Assembly (NCBI RefSeq): GCF_006345805.1 | Contig: NC_043000.1 | Location: 109,120,001 to 109,184,000 of the forward strand | Reading direction: 5' to 3' | DNA from: Octopus sinensis | Lineage: Eukaryota | DNA: 64,000 bases | Shown here: positions 11,484 through 25,946 of the stretch, one piece after another | Layout of the letters: the number at the start of each line of letters is the position of its first letter | Numbering within the stretch: position 1 is the stretch's first letter | Position numbers and translations under genes: made by a program | The notes under the pieces: generated by a model | What the model was told of the DNA's origin: nothing | The model's database searches: none | Seen by the model: the letters and a program-made list of their open reading frames with translations, nothing else

Positions 11484-12028
11484 TGATGAGGGAACGGAAA
11501 ATGGGTTTGATACGAATCTTTATTCAACAATACGATCGTTTCGACCCGCCTTGCAGCTGTCCCTTACGGATAGGATATTGTGCATCTCGTTGAGTTGCAC
11601 CAATCAATGCAGTCTGTGTCACGCCAGGTGTTCGGTATAAGAAGATATCCTACTACATATGCTGAGTTCTTCCAAGAATGTTGTATTCTCTCGTAGTATG
11701 CGAGTACATTGACGGAGAGAATTGTTCTACCCTCCATGCTTGTTCTCCGCCACCCCTGGGAAACAGTCCCCATAGCTTAGCGATTCGGGAAAAGAGAACG
11801 ATAAAATAAGTACTAGACACAAATATAAGTACTGGGGTAAGACGGCGCACCAACATGGGTACAGTGTCACGACTGTAAAAAAACAAGGGTAAAGATAAAG
11901 GCTGGCTCATTGCCGCTTGAGGAGTAAAGCTGTGAAAGTCTAAATGCTCACATAAACGAAACCACAGGTATTAAGTACACACTTGTTTACGAGCATCGTA
12001 ATAAATATGTAAATACATACATACATAT

Positions 12029-12066
<38 letters not shown>

Positions 12067-12287
12067 CAGAGAAAAGCGGAAGAGCAGACATTTGTAGATT
12101 CAGTTTAGACAAGGTTTTGTTCATTCGAATCTAAAAGTTCTTAAACATTTGTGTTTCTGTGTCGAGGCGCAGGGAGGGCGGTTCTATACAGCAGAAAAAT
12201 ATATTGAATACACGCATACGTACACCATACACACATCATGCATACACCATACACACACACATATATCTATACATCATATCTACGTAC

Positions 12288-12336
<49 letters not shown>

Positions 12337-12384
12337 AATCAATCAATCAATCTATCTGTCTGTCTGTCAGTCTATATGTATGTG

Positions 12385-12433
<49 letters not shown>

Positions 12434-12483
12434 GTATATGTATATATATATTAATAATAATAATGATAAAATGACAACAAAAG

Positions 12484-12793
12484 AATGAGACCTCGATATT
12501 ATGTAAATAGAGGAATTTATCTGTAAATGTAATATGTGACAGTTATTCGGTAGCCATGATAAAACTCCGAGTTTCGGATGCCTAGGTGGAAATCCATGTC
12601 GCCATCTCTTCATCCGGTCATTGGAAAAAATCGGATTTTTTCCGATTGCCGGAAAATTTGAAGACTCCACTAGAATGGACGAAAGCGATAATTATGGAAT
12701 ATAATATATATGATGTATAAAAACATGTAACATACAAATAAATATCTGTAAATATAAAACCATCCGGATTTCTGAGTACCTCATTTCTTCTAA
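12484..12793 (-). mobile_element. Short pLTR-like repeat with degenerate HHR; partial second copy at 41995-42143
   Basis: AATTTGAAGACTCCACTAGAATGGACG...CCATCCGGATTTCTGAGT is shared; minus strand has CGGATGA...GAAACTCGGAGTT. Confidence 0.55.
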
Positions 12794-12940
12794 TACAACA
12801 CACACACACACACACACATACGCATGCGTATAGATATACATGCGCGCAGACGCGTTTGCGTGTAGTTACTGTGTGGTAAATATCACATATGACATTTCGT
12901 AAATGTTACTTGCTGCACTTTGTACCTTGTATATTTGTGT

Positions 12941-12975
<35 letters not shown>

Positions 12976-13077
12976 TGGTTAGTGAGTATCTATTGTTTTC
13001 GCTATGAGTTGCAATACGTGCATACATGCATACATACATGTAAGTTCATATATATGTACACAGACACACACAAACAT

Positions 13078-13122
<45 letters not shown>

Positions 13123-13149
13123 GATAGATAGATAGATACATATATATAT

Positions 13150-14033
13150 ATACACACACACGCACACACATACATACATACACATACATACACACATACA
13201 TACACACATACATACATACACACATACATACATACATACATACATACACACATACATACATACATACACACATACATACATACATGCATACATACATACA
13301 CACATACATACATACATACATACATACATACATACTACATACATACATACATCATACATACATACACACATAATACATACATGCATACATACATAACACA
13401 TACATACATACATACATACATACATACATACATACATACATACATACATACATACATACATACACACATACATACATACATACATCCATACATACACACA
13501 TACATACACACACATACATACATAATACATACATACACACATACACACACACATACATACATACATACATACATACATACATACATACATACATACATAC
13601 ATACATACATACATACACACACCACACACACCCACACACATTATTACATACATACATACATATATGTGTGTGCCGATTTTACTGTTATTCTTCCCAGATT
13701 TTCAAAATGCTATTTATGCTTTCAATTTTCGTTTTTCGTTTTTCTTTTCTTGTGGTTTTTGTGTTTCTTATCAACAACGACGGAATGCCTTCTTTCTTCC
13801 GTCCGTTTCTTCAATTCCTTATTTCTTCTTCGTTGTTGTGTCTGTTCCAGATGCGTAATCTCTCTTTGTTGCCTCACACCGATTTCATATCATCCCATAC
13901 ATACATACATACATACATACATACATACATACATGCATACATACATGCATACATACATACATATATACATACATACATACATACATACATACATGCATAC
14001 ATACATACATACATACATGCATACATACATACA

Positions 14034-14067
<34 letters not shown>

Positions 14068-14125
14068 CATATATACATACATACATACATACATACATGC
14101 ATGCATACATACATACATATATACA

Positions 14126-14159
<34 letters not shown>

Positions 14160-14230
14160 CATACATATATACATACATACATACATAATACACACATACA
14201 TACATACACACATACATACACACATATACA
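13150..14230. repeat. Long (ACAT)n microsatellite arrays interrupted by a ~220-bp T-rich segment
   Basis: Direct reading. Confidence 0.9.
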
Positions 14231-14562
14231 TGCACGCACTCATCATACCTACATAGATACGTACACATACAAACCCGTATATGGATGTACGTATGTATGC
14301 ATATGTATGTGCATATTCTACCACAGTTACACATCACATAAATACATACATACATATACACATACATATGCATATATACACATTTGACCTTTTTTTTGCC
14401 ATTTCTTTCCATTAACCTTTCCGATATATTTACGCGTGCACAATTGTTTTTTATCCACTCGTATACAGAAATGTGATACTTTAAAACAAAATCTATTCAC
14501 TATTGCTATCCATCCATCCATCCATCTATGTATGTATGTATGTATGTATGTATGTATGTATG

Positions 14563-14643
<81 letters not shown>

Positions 14644-14662
14644 ATCTATCTTTTATTAGTAA

Positions 14663-14702
<40 letters not shown>

Positions 14703-14864
14703 TATTATTATTATTATTATTATCATTATTATTATTATCATCTGGCTGTTGAACATACGTATATACACACAGCCAGACGTTTGATCACATGCATAATCTT
14801 AAATACGTACATTCATACACACACGCACACACACACACACAGATATATATATATATATATATGT

Positions 14865-14899
<35 letters not shown>

Positions 14900-15387
14900 G
14901 TATGTATGTGTGTGTGCATATATGTATATACATACATACATATATATATAATATATACATGCGTTTGTGTGCGTGTGTGTGCATATATGTGTATATATGC
15001 ATTTTTATGTGTTTTATTCTGTACTAGTGCTGCTCAGTGAAAGGCGAGTTCAGTAGCCGAGTAAATAGACTCTTCTTTACCATTCCAGAAGGGTTTCGTC
15101 TGTGATTTTTCAAGACGTCTAAATGTTTAGATTAACGGGGAAATTAAAATAAATATGCTAACGTCTAAGAATGAATGGTTGCTAAGCTCTTTCGCTCTGT
15201 CGAGTCTTCAATTTCGGATTTATTTCCCAGTTCAGACGCTTAAATTATCTCCATGTTAATCTGCAATATCCTGGAAAAGGATTCAACTTCACAAAACTAC
15301 AGAGATGCAGTTTTCGGTGCCGGCATTTTCATGTTACATAATATAATCAATTTTATTTATTTTTATATTCAATTTAAAAATTTTCGC

Positions 15388-15737
15388 AGGAATGGTTGTG
15401 AGGTTGATATGTTTTCTTCCTAACTACAAGATTATGGGTTCGAGCCTACTTCGTGTACCTTGGGCAAGATTTTTTCTATAGCCTGAAGCCGATCAAAGCC
15501 TTGCGATTGGAGTTGGTTGACGGAAACAGAGAGAATCCCATTGCATATATGTGTGTGTATTGTGTCTTTGTCCTTGTTTTTGTCCACTCATACTATGATA
15601 ACATGTGTTGGTTTGTTTATGTTCCCATAACTTATCTGTTTGCTAAACGAATAAATACTAGACTTTAAAAAAATATGTATTGGGGTTCATTTGTTCGACT
15701 AAAGCCGTTGAAGACGGCGCCCCAGCATGGCCGCAGC
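15388..15737 (+). mobile_element. Degenerate tRNA-derived SINE with internal (TG)n
   Basis: GGGTTCGAGCC B-box, CCTTGGGCAAG core, terminal GCCCCAGCATGGCCGCAG. Confidence 0.65.
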
Positions 15738-15902
15738 CCTTCATGTTCATTCATCTCCTTTATCATACAGTTGTAGAGCGGGGAGTGATTTCAAACACAT
15801 TTTACTGCTATTTTCAGCATACAGACCTGCGTAGGAGCTTCCGCTAGATAACGACAAATATATCCAAAGTCACAGGCGCCACACGCAAAGCTGTCTCATT
15901 TA

Positions 15903-15944
<42 letters not shown>

Positions 15945-16489
15945 ACTTTTACTAAATGTTTCAAATACATACGAACCTTAGTTCCTATGTATTTGAAAGC
16001 TGATATAGACACCTTCTAAACCCGACGAGTCTTGACTGCAGAGATCTAAGATGTGACAGTTAGAAGAATAGAGGGATGGCTGTGGAACCAGCTGCAGTAG
16101 GATGCTACCCATTTTTCAACAGAGTGGAAAGAATCAAGTGAAATGAAGTATTTTGCTGAAGAACGAAATTTCGCTACTAGACCCGAATATTGAACTTAAA
16201 AATATGAGAAGCGAATAAGAACCCAATACCTTTGCTACAAGGCTGCACACCTGCTCATGTCCAGAAGAGGAGGTCATAAACCCGAAATATTGAAATGTAA
16301 AGTAAAAGCCCAGCTGTTCGTCCGTTTTCTTACAAACTTATCAAATATATATATATGGTGTGTGTGTGTGTGTGAGAGGATGTATTTATACGAATATATA
16401 TATATAGGTTAAAATGCATACATACCTATTTAAGCACTCAGAGCGCATACATGTGTGTTTGCATGTGTGCGTACGTATGTGTAGTAATA

Positions 16490-16551
<62 letters not shown>

Positions 16552-17166
16552 TATATATTTATATATAGTAGATAAAGCTATAAATAATAACGCGTAAATT
16601 TTGGTTAAGAAGAAACATTTGGACATAAACACACATACACACGCACACACGCACATACATACACACACAGACTCGCACATGCACACACGCGCAATGTACT
16701 TTAAATTCCCTTGCCACCACCCTCCTCCGCGCTACTCTAGAGGATCGACCCAGCATTGCGTCAACTTAAAAGTGTTAATGATCTCATTTCTCTCCATTTT
16801 GTTCCTGATGACCCTGCAGGGATTCTTTCAGAATTCATCATCAGTTTTTCTTTTTTTTTTATTTTCTTTGCATGTTTTTATTTTCTTCTTTTACTGTATC
16901 ATCCACGTTTTTTTTTTTATATATTATCTATTTTTAATTATTACTTTTTTCCGTTCCTTTTATTGTGTTTTTACTGTTGTTATTTTGTCTTCACAAGAAA
17001 TAGATGTGTATATATTTCACTGTTACCATTTTCTTTATATATTCTTCAATTCTGGCGTCATTGTAGTGGAGTTTTTTGTTTGTCATTTACTATAAACACA
17101 CTGCTCGTATTTGTTATGTTTCTATAGCGAGTGTATAATTTATTACTATTATCTGTCTGTCTGTCG

Positions 17167-17226
<60 letters not shown>

Positions 17227-18231
17227 TACCTCGATTTACACATATATACACATTCACATATAAAGTACATTTCCATTATTTTGTGTTTAAATTACATTTT
17301 CCCTGGCGTGTGTATATTTCCAATGTGTTGTCACACGAACATACATATATATATACATACATGCATATATATATATATACACACATAAATCTGTGTATGT
17401 GTGTGTGGTATTTACTCCCCTCCACTTTTTTGCTTGTTTTTCTTTATGTTGTTTTCTTTTTATGTGTGTGTTTAGCATTTCCCTTTGTTTTTCTAACTGA
17501 TCTAATTTCTCATCTTCTCCATCCGCCAATCATATCTTCTCTCCTCTTCAACACTAGAAACTCTTACGTCAGCTAATTTCTTGGTGTTCGCCTGTGATTT
17601 CTTTTCCGCATGAATGATTCACGGTCGAAACCTTTGTAGTTACTTTTTGTTTTTGTTATTTTCTTTGTTTTTCTTTCGTTTGTCTTATTTTGTTTTTGCT
17701 TTTTCGATTCGCAAAATCCACTTGCAAAGTGAATTCATGAAAACGGAATCATATACATCAACATATTCTTTTGCTGTAGTAACATTTTAAGCCAGTTTCT
17801 TTCCGTCTTCTTCTATACTTCATCTTGGTGACTACTACTCGGTGCCAGGTTCCTACTTAGGTTGGCACTATTTTGGGTTAAATTCTAGCTCATTGCTCTC
17901 TAACAATGCTTCGGTTTTTAAACGCAAGAACCTTTTCTACTTTATACGCATCGCTGTTTATTACAAGAAAATTGATTCCTTCGACTGGCAAAAGGCCAAG
18001 CACTTTTATGCCGGGAGACAAAGTAGGTGTAATTATTTTTATCCCTTTCGTCAATGGTCATGACACTTTGCAAGGCATCTGTGATTGGTGGGGGCCACAG
18101 AGAAAGGTATCTTGAAGTCAAATACTTTACTTGTATGTTTTCAGCTGAGTGGTAAAGGCATTCAACGCGCTAAATGGTTGCCTTAATAATCGGGCGACGG
18201 ATTAAACCCATCATCTACGTATATGTTATGT

Positions 18232-18317
<86 letters not shown>

Positions 18318-19572
18318 CTATATATTTGTGTGTATGTGTGTGTAAGATTCCGCCATCCCGATGCTATGGGAGAGAAAATTGGGAATAGTGGTAAGGGAGG
18401 GGAAAAGGCCATTGAATGCAAGACTGGCAGTGGTGAGACAAGAGGGTCGGGATACATGAATGGTGTGTATACCTTTGCGAATATATGTATAAATGCGAGT
18501 GTGTATACACCTCCCCCCCAACACACACACACAAATGAATACATTTATATTAATATATGATGTTATTCATAGTGTTATTTGCTTCGGGATTCACCGTTTA
18601 AAAAATATTATTTCCCGTTCTCGTAATTTCAAAATTCTCCCGGCGTTAGCATTAAGCATTATATATACAGCTAATAGTGAGGGACTATCAATCCAATCAA
18701 AATACATCCTGAACTCTTCCTGATGGCACATCCGGGTAACAACATTATTGCGATTATATATATTATTCTTATACAAGAATGTTGCTGACAATGACTTCGA
18801 AGTTTCGACCAGCCATCGTACAAGAATAATAAATTTGTACACTACAGAAGTATATATTAACTCATCAGATTAATGTAAAATTTATTCTTATTATAACTGC
18901 ACATGAAATCCAACATTAATATTAAAGACGGTGCTCCAGCATGGCTGCAGTCAAATGGCTGAAACAAATAAAAGAATAAAAGACTATATATACATACATA
19001 CCTCTACCCACATATACATACATACATTCACGTGCACACTCGCACACATACGTATACACGTGTGTATTAAGTTAGTCGTGTACTCTAATAAAAATTCCGC
19101 AATTTACATTATAATTCTTGGCGAGTAAAAAACCTGACATTTTATTAGTTAATTTTGAAGATTCTCTCTCTCGTAGTCTTTCTCTCTCTCGTAGTGTGAG
19201 CGCATATGTAGAGGAAAAAGAAATTGCGGAGAGTCGGCCTGTTTATTTATTTCTAAGCTTGCTTGTGTTATTGGTGATGGAAACATTTTAAAGGAAAATG
19301 TTTAAATGAGATGTCAGCCTGGATTTAGGTCATTAGTAAAGGTTTTAGATTTATAATGGGCTACAGTTTTAACGCCATATACCCACACACTTAGTTATGA
19401 CTGTGTGTGTGTGTGTGTGCATAAGCATATACATACACACACGCAACATAGATCTATACATATATATATATATACTTTTCTATAGTCATAACCATATATT
19501 GTGTATGCGTATGTATGTATGTATATATGTATATATATATATATATATATATTATCTATATATATATATATC

Positions 19573-19608
<36 letters not shown>

Positions 19609-19999
19609 GTATGTGTATATATATATATTATATATATATATATATATTATGTGTATGTATATATATACATACATATGCATACACGCGCGCGCGCACACGC
19701 ACACACATATAAACATAACTGACATACATATGTACTTGCCAACACTTACTCATAAGTACATACATAAGCACTTGTGTGCGTGTGTACGTGTGTGTATTTA
19801 CGTAGGTATACACACACACACGAATACAAACACACACACACACACACACACAAATGTAAACGCATGCACACGCTGGTGTGTATGTGAGTGATGAAGTTTG
19901 AACGTTTAAGAAACCGTGAGAGAACCGACTTGTATAATGTTAAAAGAACCTTCAGAGGAATGAGCAAAATATTTATGAATAGCTATTATCTTCCGCTTG

Positions 20000-20365
20000 T
20001 TTCAGTCATTGGACTACGGCCATGCTTGGGCACCACCTTGAAAGGTTTAGTCGAACAAATCGACCTCGGTATAATTCTTGAAGTCTATTACTCGTTCTAT
20101 CGGTCTCGTACGCCGAACTACTAAATTGAGGGAATGTAAATACATCAACACCGGTTGTCGAATTGTGGAGTGACAAACACAGAAACGCGTACACACACTC
20201 ATACAGACGCACGCACATATATAGACGGGCTTCCACACAGTTTCCATCGGACATATTCACTCACATGACACCGGTCGGCTCGGGGCTGTAGTAGCAGACA
20301 CTTGCCCAAAGTGCCACGAAGTGGGACTGAACCCAGTACCTCATGGTACCTAAGCAAGATTCTTC
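20000..20365 (-). mobile_element. Near full-length SINE, same family as 15388
   Basis: GACACTTGCCCAAAGTGCCACG..GTGGGACTGAACCC and GGCCATGCTTGGGCACC. Confidence 0.7.
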
Positions 20366-20576
20366 AAGTAAATATATTTTCACACTATTTTCTGAATGTG
20401 GAAGTCCAATATTTGTGATGCCTTCTTATATATTTTAAGAGAAGTGAATTCACAAATTTCTATTTCATGTATAGCTTCATATTTTTTAAGAACTACGCCA
20501 AAGTTTCCCTTTAATAAATATACATAAATTTAAGTTCCATTTAAAACAGTTACATTCGGATCTGAATTATTTATAT

Positions 20577-21389
20577 CTAGACGTGACCCGTTGGATCAAT
20601 GGCGGTTCAGGTTATAAAACATTGAAGCTGATTTCAACATTGCATTGAAATGAAAGTTAATTTTATGATGATTCAATTAAATATTTAAATTCGTTCGTGT
20701 CATCATAGGTCCGGGTTATAAGTTCATGTTTAAGGCTTTATTGATTATTTACAGCATCTAATAGAAATATAACTTCCGGAATAAACTTGAACTCCAGTAA
20801 CAGCGTTTATTTATGGCTTATGTACACACTTCTACAAAAATGCAAAAGGAATTAATTATATAACGTAAACATAAAGTTAAAACTTTTCTACTAAAGGCAC
20901 AAGGCCTGAAATGTTGTGGGGAGGTGACTAGTCGATTTCATCGACCCCAGTGTTTCGCCGGCACTTATTTTATTGACCCCGAAAGGATGAAAGGCAAAGT
21001 CGACCCCGGTGGAATTTGAACTCAGAAAGTAGCGACGGGCAAAATACCGCCAAGCATTCTGTCCAATTCTGCCAGCTCACCGCCTTAACGCAAATATAAA
21101 ATTAATAGAAATAATTTTCACAGGATTATATGTTCCCTTTTCGGGGTTATGTTACTTTCGGAGCATTTTCCCATTACGTGCCATTTTGGTTATTTATGAA
21201 GGTACCCCCAAAAACCGCATATCTCGGGAATCCGTGGTCCGATTTATGCGAAACTTGTTTTATGCCGTTTGTATCCACATTTCAGGGATACCTAACTTTC
21301 AGAGTATTTTCCATTATGCACCGGTTTGGCTGTATTACAGACAAGAACACACGCAAGCGAGCAATCACAGAGTTTTAGAATTAAATAGA
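20577..21389 (-). mobile_element. Non-autonomous Helitron-like element with a nested SINE
   Basis: Minus strand starts TC and ends GATCCAACGGGTCACGTCTAG; homologous to 56400-57141 (3' end and CGGTGCATAATGG.AAAATA). Confidence 0.6.
20884..21087 (-). mobile_element. Nin/Deu-like SINE monomer
   Basis: GGCACAAGGCCTGAAA...CCCCGAAAGGATGAAAGGCAAAGTCGACC...CCGCCTT. Confidence 0.8.
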
Positions 21390-21399
21390 TTGGTAGATA

Positions 21400-21410
21400 G
21401 ACAGACAGAC

Positions 21411-21502
<92 letters not shown>
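21400..21502. repeat. (GATA)n microsatellite
   Basis: Direct reading; similar arrays at 27630, 29030, 45920 and 55430. Confidence 0.95.
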
Positions 21503-21835
21503 TATGACAGGTGGGTATATTCAGATAATTCTTTTTCATGTGTAGCACCAAATTCTTTTAAAATCATGTCACGGCACCAGTTTGAGAAATATTTGTGAAT
21601 CCCAGTTTTATTTAGCCCTTTGCCTTTCACATGTGATACACAGGGCACATTTCCCTGACAACCGTACATCATATATTATAAACATTCCTAACTTTTTTCA
21701 GCCTGTCAGAGAAACTCGGTACCTGAGTTTCTTTTATGGTATCTATCGCAATATCGTTTGGTCTTACAGAACATCATGTTCAGCATGTTAAACGGCGATA
21801 AATATTACCCTCGGTATTAATACACCCACTGTCGC

Positions 21836-21867
<32 letters not shown>

Positions 21868-22038
21868 TATATATATATATAATAGTTTTAGGATTTGGTT
21901 TGCAAGATTCTTATATGAGTTCGTGTGTTGAAGCATTATTTTAGGAAAATAAAAATAAGAAATAAGTGGAAATTTTACCGGTGAGTGTGTTACATTATAA
22001 GGCACAAAAAGAAATGACTCTCACCAGACACAACAGAG

Positions 22039-22111
<73 letters not shown>

Positions 22112-22414
22112 ACAAGCTCACTGGCTAATCGTGATTTCAATGGCAGGGAAATGAGTCGCTGCTATATCTAGGCGGTTGAGCACCCATCATTAATGAAAAC
22201 CAAGGAAAGTTGAAATTATGTGACTCGATGGTCTCGGCGCTGGAGATGGCGGGGATTTACCTCCCCGTTAGCGATATATAACATTTTGGCATAGTACACT
22301 CCATCAGTTTTTGGTGTGCTGGTAGCACAGCGCTTGGAACTTTCCATTATTAAACTGCATATTATTGTCCTCAGCCCATCTGTAAATTGAGTCCAACTCC
22401 TGCTGCAGATGTGC

Positions 22415-23760
22415 AATACTGTAATGTAATCACTTTCCAAGTTTCCAGCTATACTGAGATCATGCAGTTTGTGGCATATCACACCATGATCAACATTATC
22501 AAAAGCTTTTGCAAAGTCAAGGTATATTGTGTTCACATTTGAGTTGTCAAGTAAACTGCTTCAACATCCAGTCATAGTGTTGTAAGAGCTGGGTCAAGCA
22601 GCTCCTACCTGGTTGAAAACCATGCTGGTATCACTCAGTAAGTCATTTTCTTCAAGGAAAGCAATTAGTTTCCCTCTGACTATTCATTCCATGACTGTGC
22701 AGATGTGTGAGGTCAGAGAGATAGGCCCATAATTTTTGGCATCTGCTCTGCTTCCTCCTTTATGGATTGGGCATACTATTTCCTCCTTCATTTGTCTGGC
22801 AGCTTGCCATTTCCAAGAAAGTTCTGGAAGAGAATCTGTAGTGGTTTCGACAGGGCACATTTACATGATTGAGGAGGACTGCTGGGAAACCATCAGGGCC
22901 AGCAGTTGAGCCTGTGTCCACTCATCTATGGCTAGTATTATATCTTCTTCTTCCCCAATGTTGATGTAATTCATCATAACTGCCTCATGGTTATAAGGGA
23001 GGTGGCAAAGAAATCCACCAGTTCGTGTTCATGTGTTTGTGTTCCAATGGGGTGATAAAGACACTTTTGGACTGGTCATTCAGTACTTCACTGATCTTGG
23101 TTGGGTTATCTGTGAGGGAGTCATCCTTCTGGAAGAGGGGCCCTATTTTGCAGAGTACTGAGGCTGTTCCTTTGGCATAATGAAAGGATTTGGGGTTTGA
23201 TTTTAATGTTTTCTATAACCCAGGCTTCTTTGTTTGCTCTCTCCCTCGCATAGGATTATTGCAGCCTTTTTTCGATCTCCATCAGTGTTGTTTTTAGGCG
23301 AGACCTTCCGCTACTTTTGGGATGTTGGTTGAGACGATTTGCAACCTTCGTCCGTTGTCTCATGAGGATCTTCCTCTCCCTTGGAATCTTGGTCCTATTC
23401 TTTTTGATCTTGTGCTCTGGGACATATTTCTGGCTGCATGTGGCTTGCACAGAAGACATGAAACATTCTAGTTTCATGTCAATGTCTGGTGTGGGAGACA
23501 TTTCGCCAGTCCCTCTGAGGATCTCTTTTTGGATCGATTTCCAATCTGTTTGTGGAAGTTCAGATTGGAGAGATTTCGGGTGCTTCCTTTATGCTGTATG
23601 TTCTCTGGTTACTTTCGGCCCAAACATAGACAGCTCTATTATGTTGTGATCCGAAACTAATGTCAGCGTCACTTTCACATCATGAACGATGTCCATATTG
23701 TTTGTGAAGCCAAGATCCAATATACTATTTGCCCTGGTTGGTCTGAGTGCATTTTGCAGC
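22415..23760 (-). pseudogene. CR1-clade LINE ORF2 fragment (end of APE endonuclease to RT domain 3), multiply disrupted
   Basis: PTRANSILDLGFTN..SDHNII; NYGPISLTSHIC; QHGFQPGRSCLTQLL; IYLDFAKAFDNVDHG. Confidence 0.88.
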
Positions 23761-24267
23761 AAAAGCCTATATGAGAGTTCCTCTCATGGTATCTACCGCA
23801 GTATAGATTGTTCTAACAGAACATCTACGTTCAAGTGGGGAAAAATTATTACCGCTATGAAAAGAAAGATTTATAGTACTCAGATCGTATGAGACAAGCG
23901 CTAAATAGGAGTCTGGATACATCGATGTTTTGGACAGACACATGAAAAGATTTCCGACAGATATAAGAGTTAAATACGGCCACATTCGGATGTTAATGAA
24001 CTTACTTGGATAACTAGCAACATTTGATGCAAGGAATATCGCGATTAGAAACACGTACTATAAAGAGAGAAGAAGAACACAAGAATTATAAATGAGCGAA
24101 ATGAAGAAAAAAGATGAAAGAAAACTTTTGGAAGGAGAAAAATACAAATACGAAAATGAAAGAAAAAAAACGGCAAATAATCTGAAGCGGGTTTGGTAGC
24201 TTCTGGCCCATAAAACATAAAGAAAATAAGATAAGCAAACCCCACCACCACCAACAACTCACCACAT

Positions 24268-24305
<38 letters not shown>

Positions 24306-25336
24306 GTAGTAGTAGTAGTAGTTGTTGTTGTGGAGAAGAAGTAAAAGAAAACCAAAGGGAATACGAAGAATAGTATTACATAGCATTATTGGTTGCCCGC
24401 GCAACCAATATTATATGATTTGACTGCGTTGTTACGTGAGAGATTAGCCTGCTTATTGGAGATAATCCTCTCAGTAGGGTGACAACAGCTGTAAACTCTG
24501 TTTCACAAAACAAAAATATGCCAAAGCAATAGACTAAAACATTTTTTTACTGTTTATTTATTCTCTCCATATTCCCTCGGTTGCTTTTTTTTTTTTTTCA
24601 TTTAGTGTATTTTTCATTCAGCATATTTTCGTTTTTATTCTTTGGAATGGACGCAAGAATTAGTGCAATTATCAATGGTTGAAGCTTCGTTGTTTAGCTT
24701 GGTTCTTTGTCGTCGAGATTTAATGGCTCACTTTATTGCCATCTGGCGGAGAAACAAATCAATTTATACTGACGAACTGACGAACCTGCTCATCAAATCT
24801 AGAGCAAAACTCCCTCCCCCTCACAATATACACATAAATAGATACACACACAAACATGTTTATACATAGAGACATACACACATATATATATACACACATA
24901 TACAAACATAAACTTATGTAAATTTATAGTTACATATACTGACATACACATATGTGTGTGTATCTGTGTGGCGATATATATGTGTGTCCGTCCGTGCATA
25001 CATAGACACTGTCCTACTTTCAGACAGAAGTCTTGCAGTGATAACTTACGTGTTACGAGTTGCCATGAAAAATAAATGAAAAATAAACTAAAATATGAAA
25101 CAACTTCCGCAGAATACTTTTTTCAGTGTAATGAAGTTTCCTGCATTATTTACAAACAAAAATACGTCTTAAGATAAGGTAACCTGAGGTTTATGCAACA
25201 TTTTGTACGGGGGGCCATTCAAATAGGTTCTTTTTCTTTTTTAGCTTTTTATTTCTGAGTAAAATATCTCTTGCTGGATGCTTGCTCTACTCTCGAAAAG
25301 TAAAACAAATATGTTGCATCTTTGTACCGAGCGAGA

Positions 25337-25880
25337 TATATGTATGTATGTATGTATGTATGCATGTATATATGTATATATGTATGTATGTATTTACGTA
25401 TGTACGTATGTATGTATGTATGTATGTATGTATGTATGTATGTATGTATGTATGTATGTACGTATGTACGTATGTATCTATGTATGTATGTATGCATGTA
25501 TGTATGTACGTATGTACGTATGTATGTATGTATATATGTGTGTGTGTATGTATGTATGTATGCACGTATGTATGTATGTACGTATGTATGTATGCATGTA
25601 TGTATGTATGTATGTATGTATGTATGTATGTATGTATGTATGCATGTATGCATGTATATATGCATGTATGTATGTATGTATATATGTATGTATGTTGTAT
25701 GTATTATGTCATTATTCGGTTTTATTTCAAGATTTCTTGCCAAAAGAGAAAGCGCCGGCTCCAAACCTAGGTCCAATGCTCTTTCGTTGGGATTTCAACA
25801 TCAAGTGAGTATTTTGTATGTTTGTATACATGTATGTATGCATGCATGCATGTATGTATGTATGTATGTATGTATGTATG

Positions 25881-25910
<30 letters not shown>
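25337..25910. repeat. (ATGT)n microsatellite arrays
   Basis: Direct reading. Confidence 0.9.
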
Positions 25911-25913
<3 letters not shown>

Positions 25914-25946
25914 GCAGGTGTTATTCAAATTCTTTTTCGACATATA

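Noticed and set aside
11520-11680. GAAACGATCGTA half-hammerhead on the minus strand
   Set aside because: No convincing CUGANGA half or helix II found at a suitable distance.
12979-14412. Long ORFs of 200-290 aa (MYVC/HTYI repeats), likewise at 8470-8887 and 25249-25963
   Set aside because: Stop-free translations of (ACAT)n microsatellites, not proteins.
16800-16850. CTGATGA-CCC-TGCA-GGG possible hammerhead
   Set aside because: GAAA and helix III are missing.
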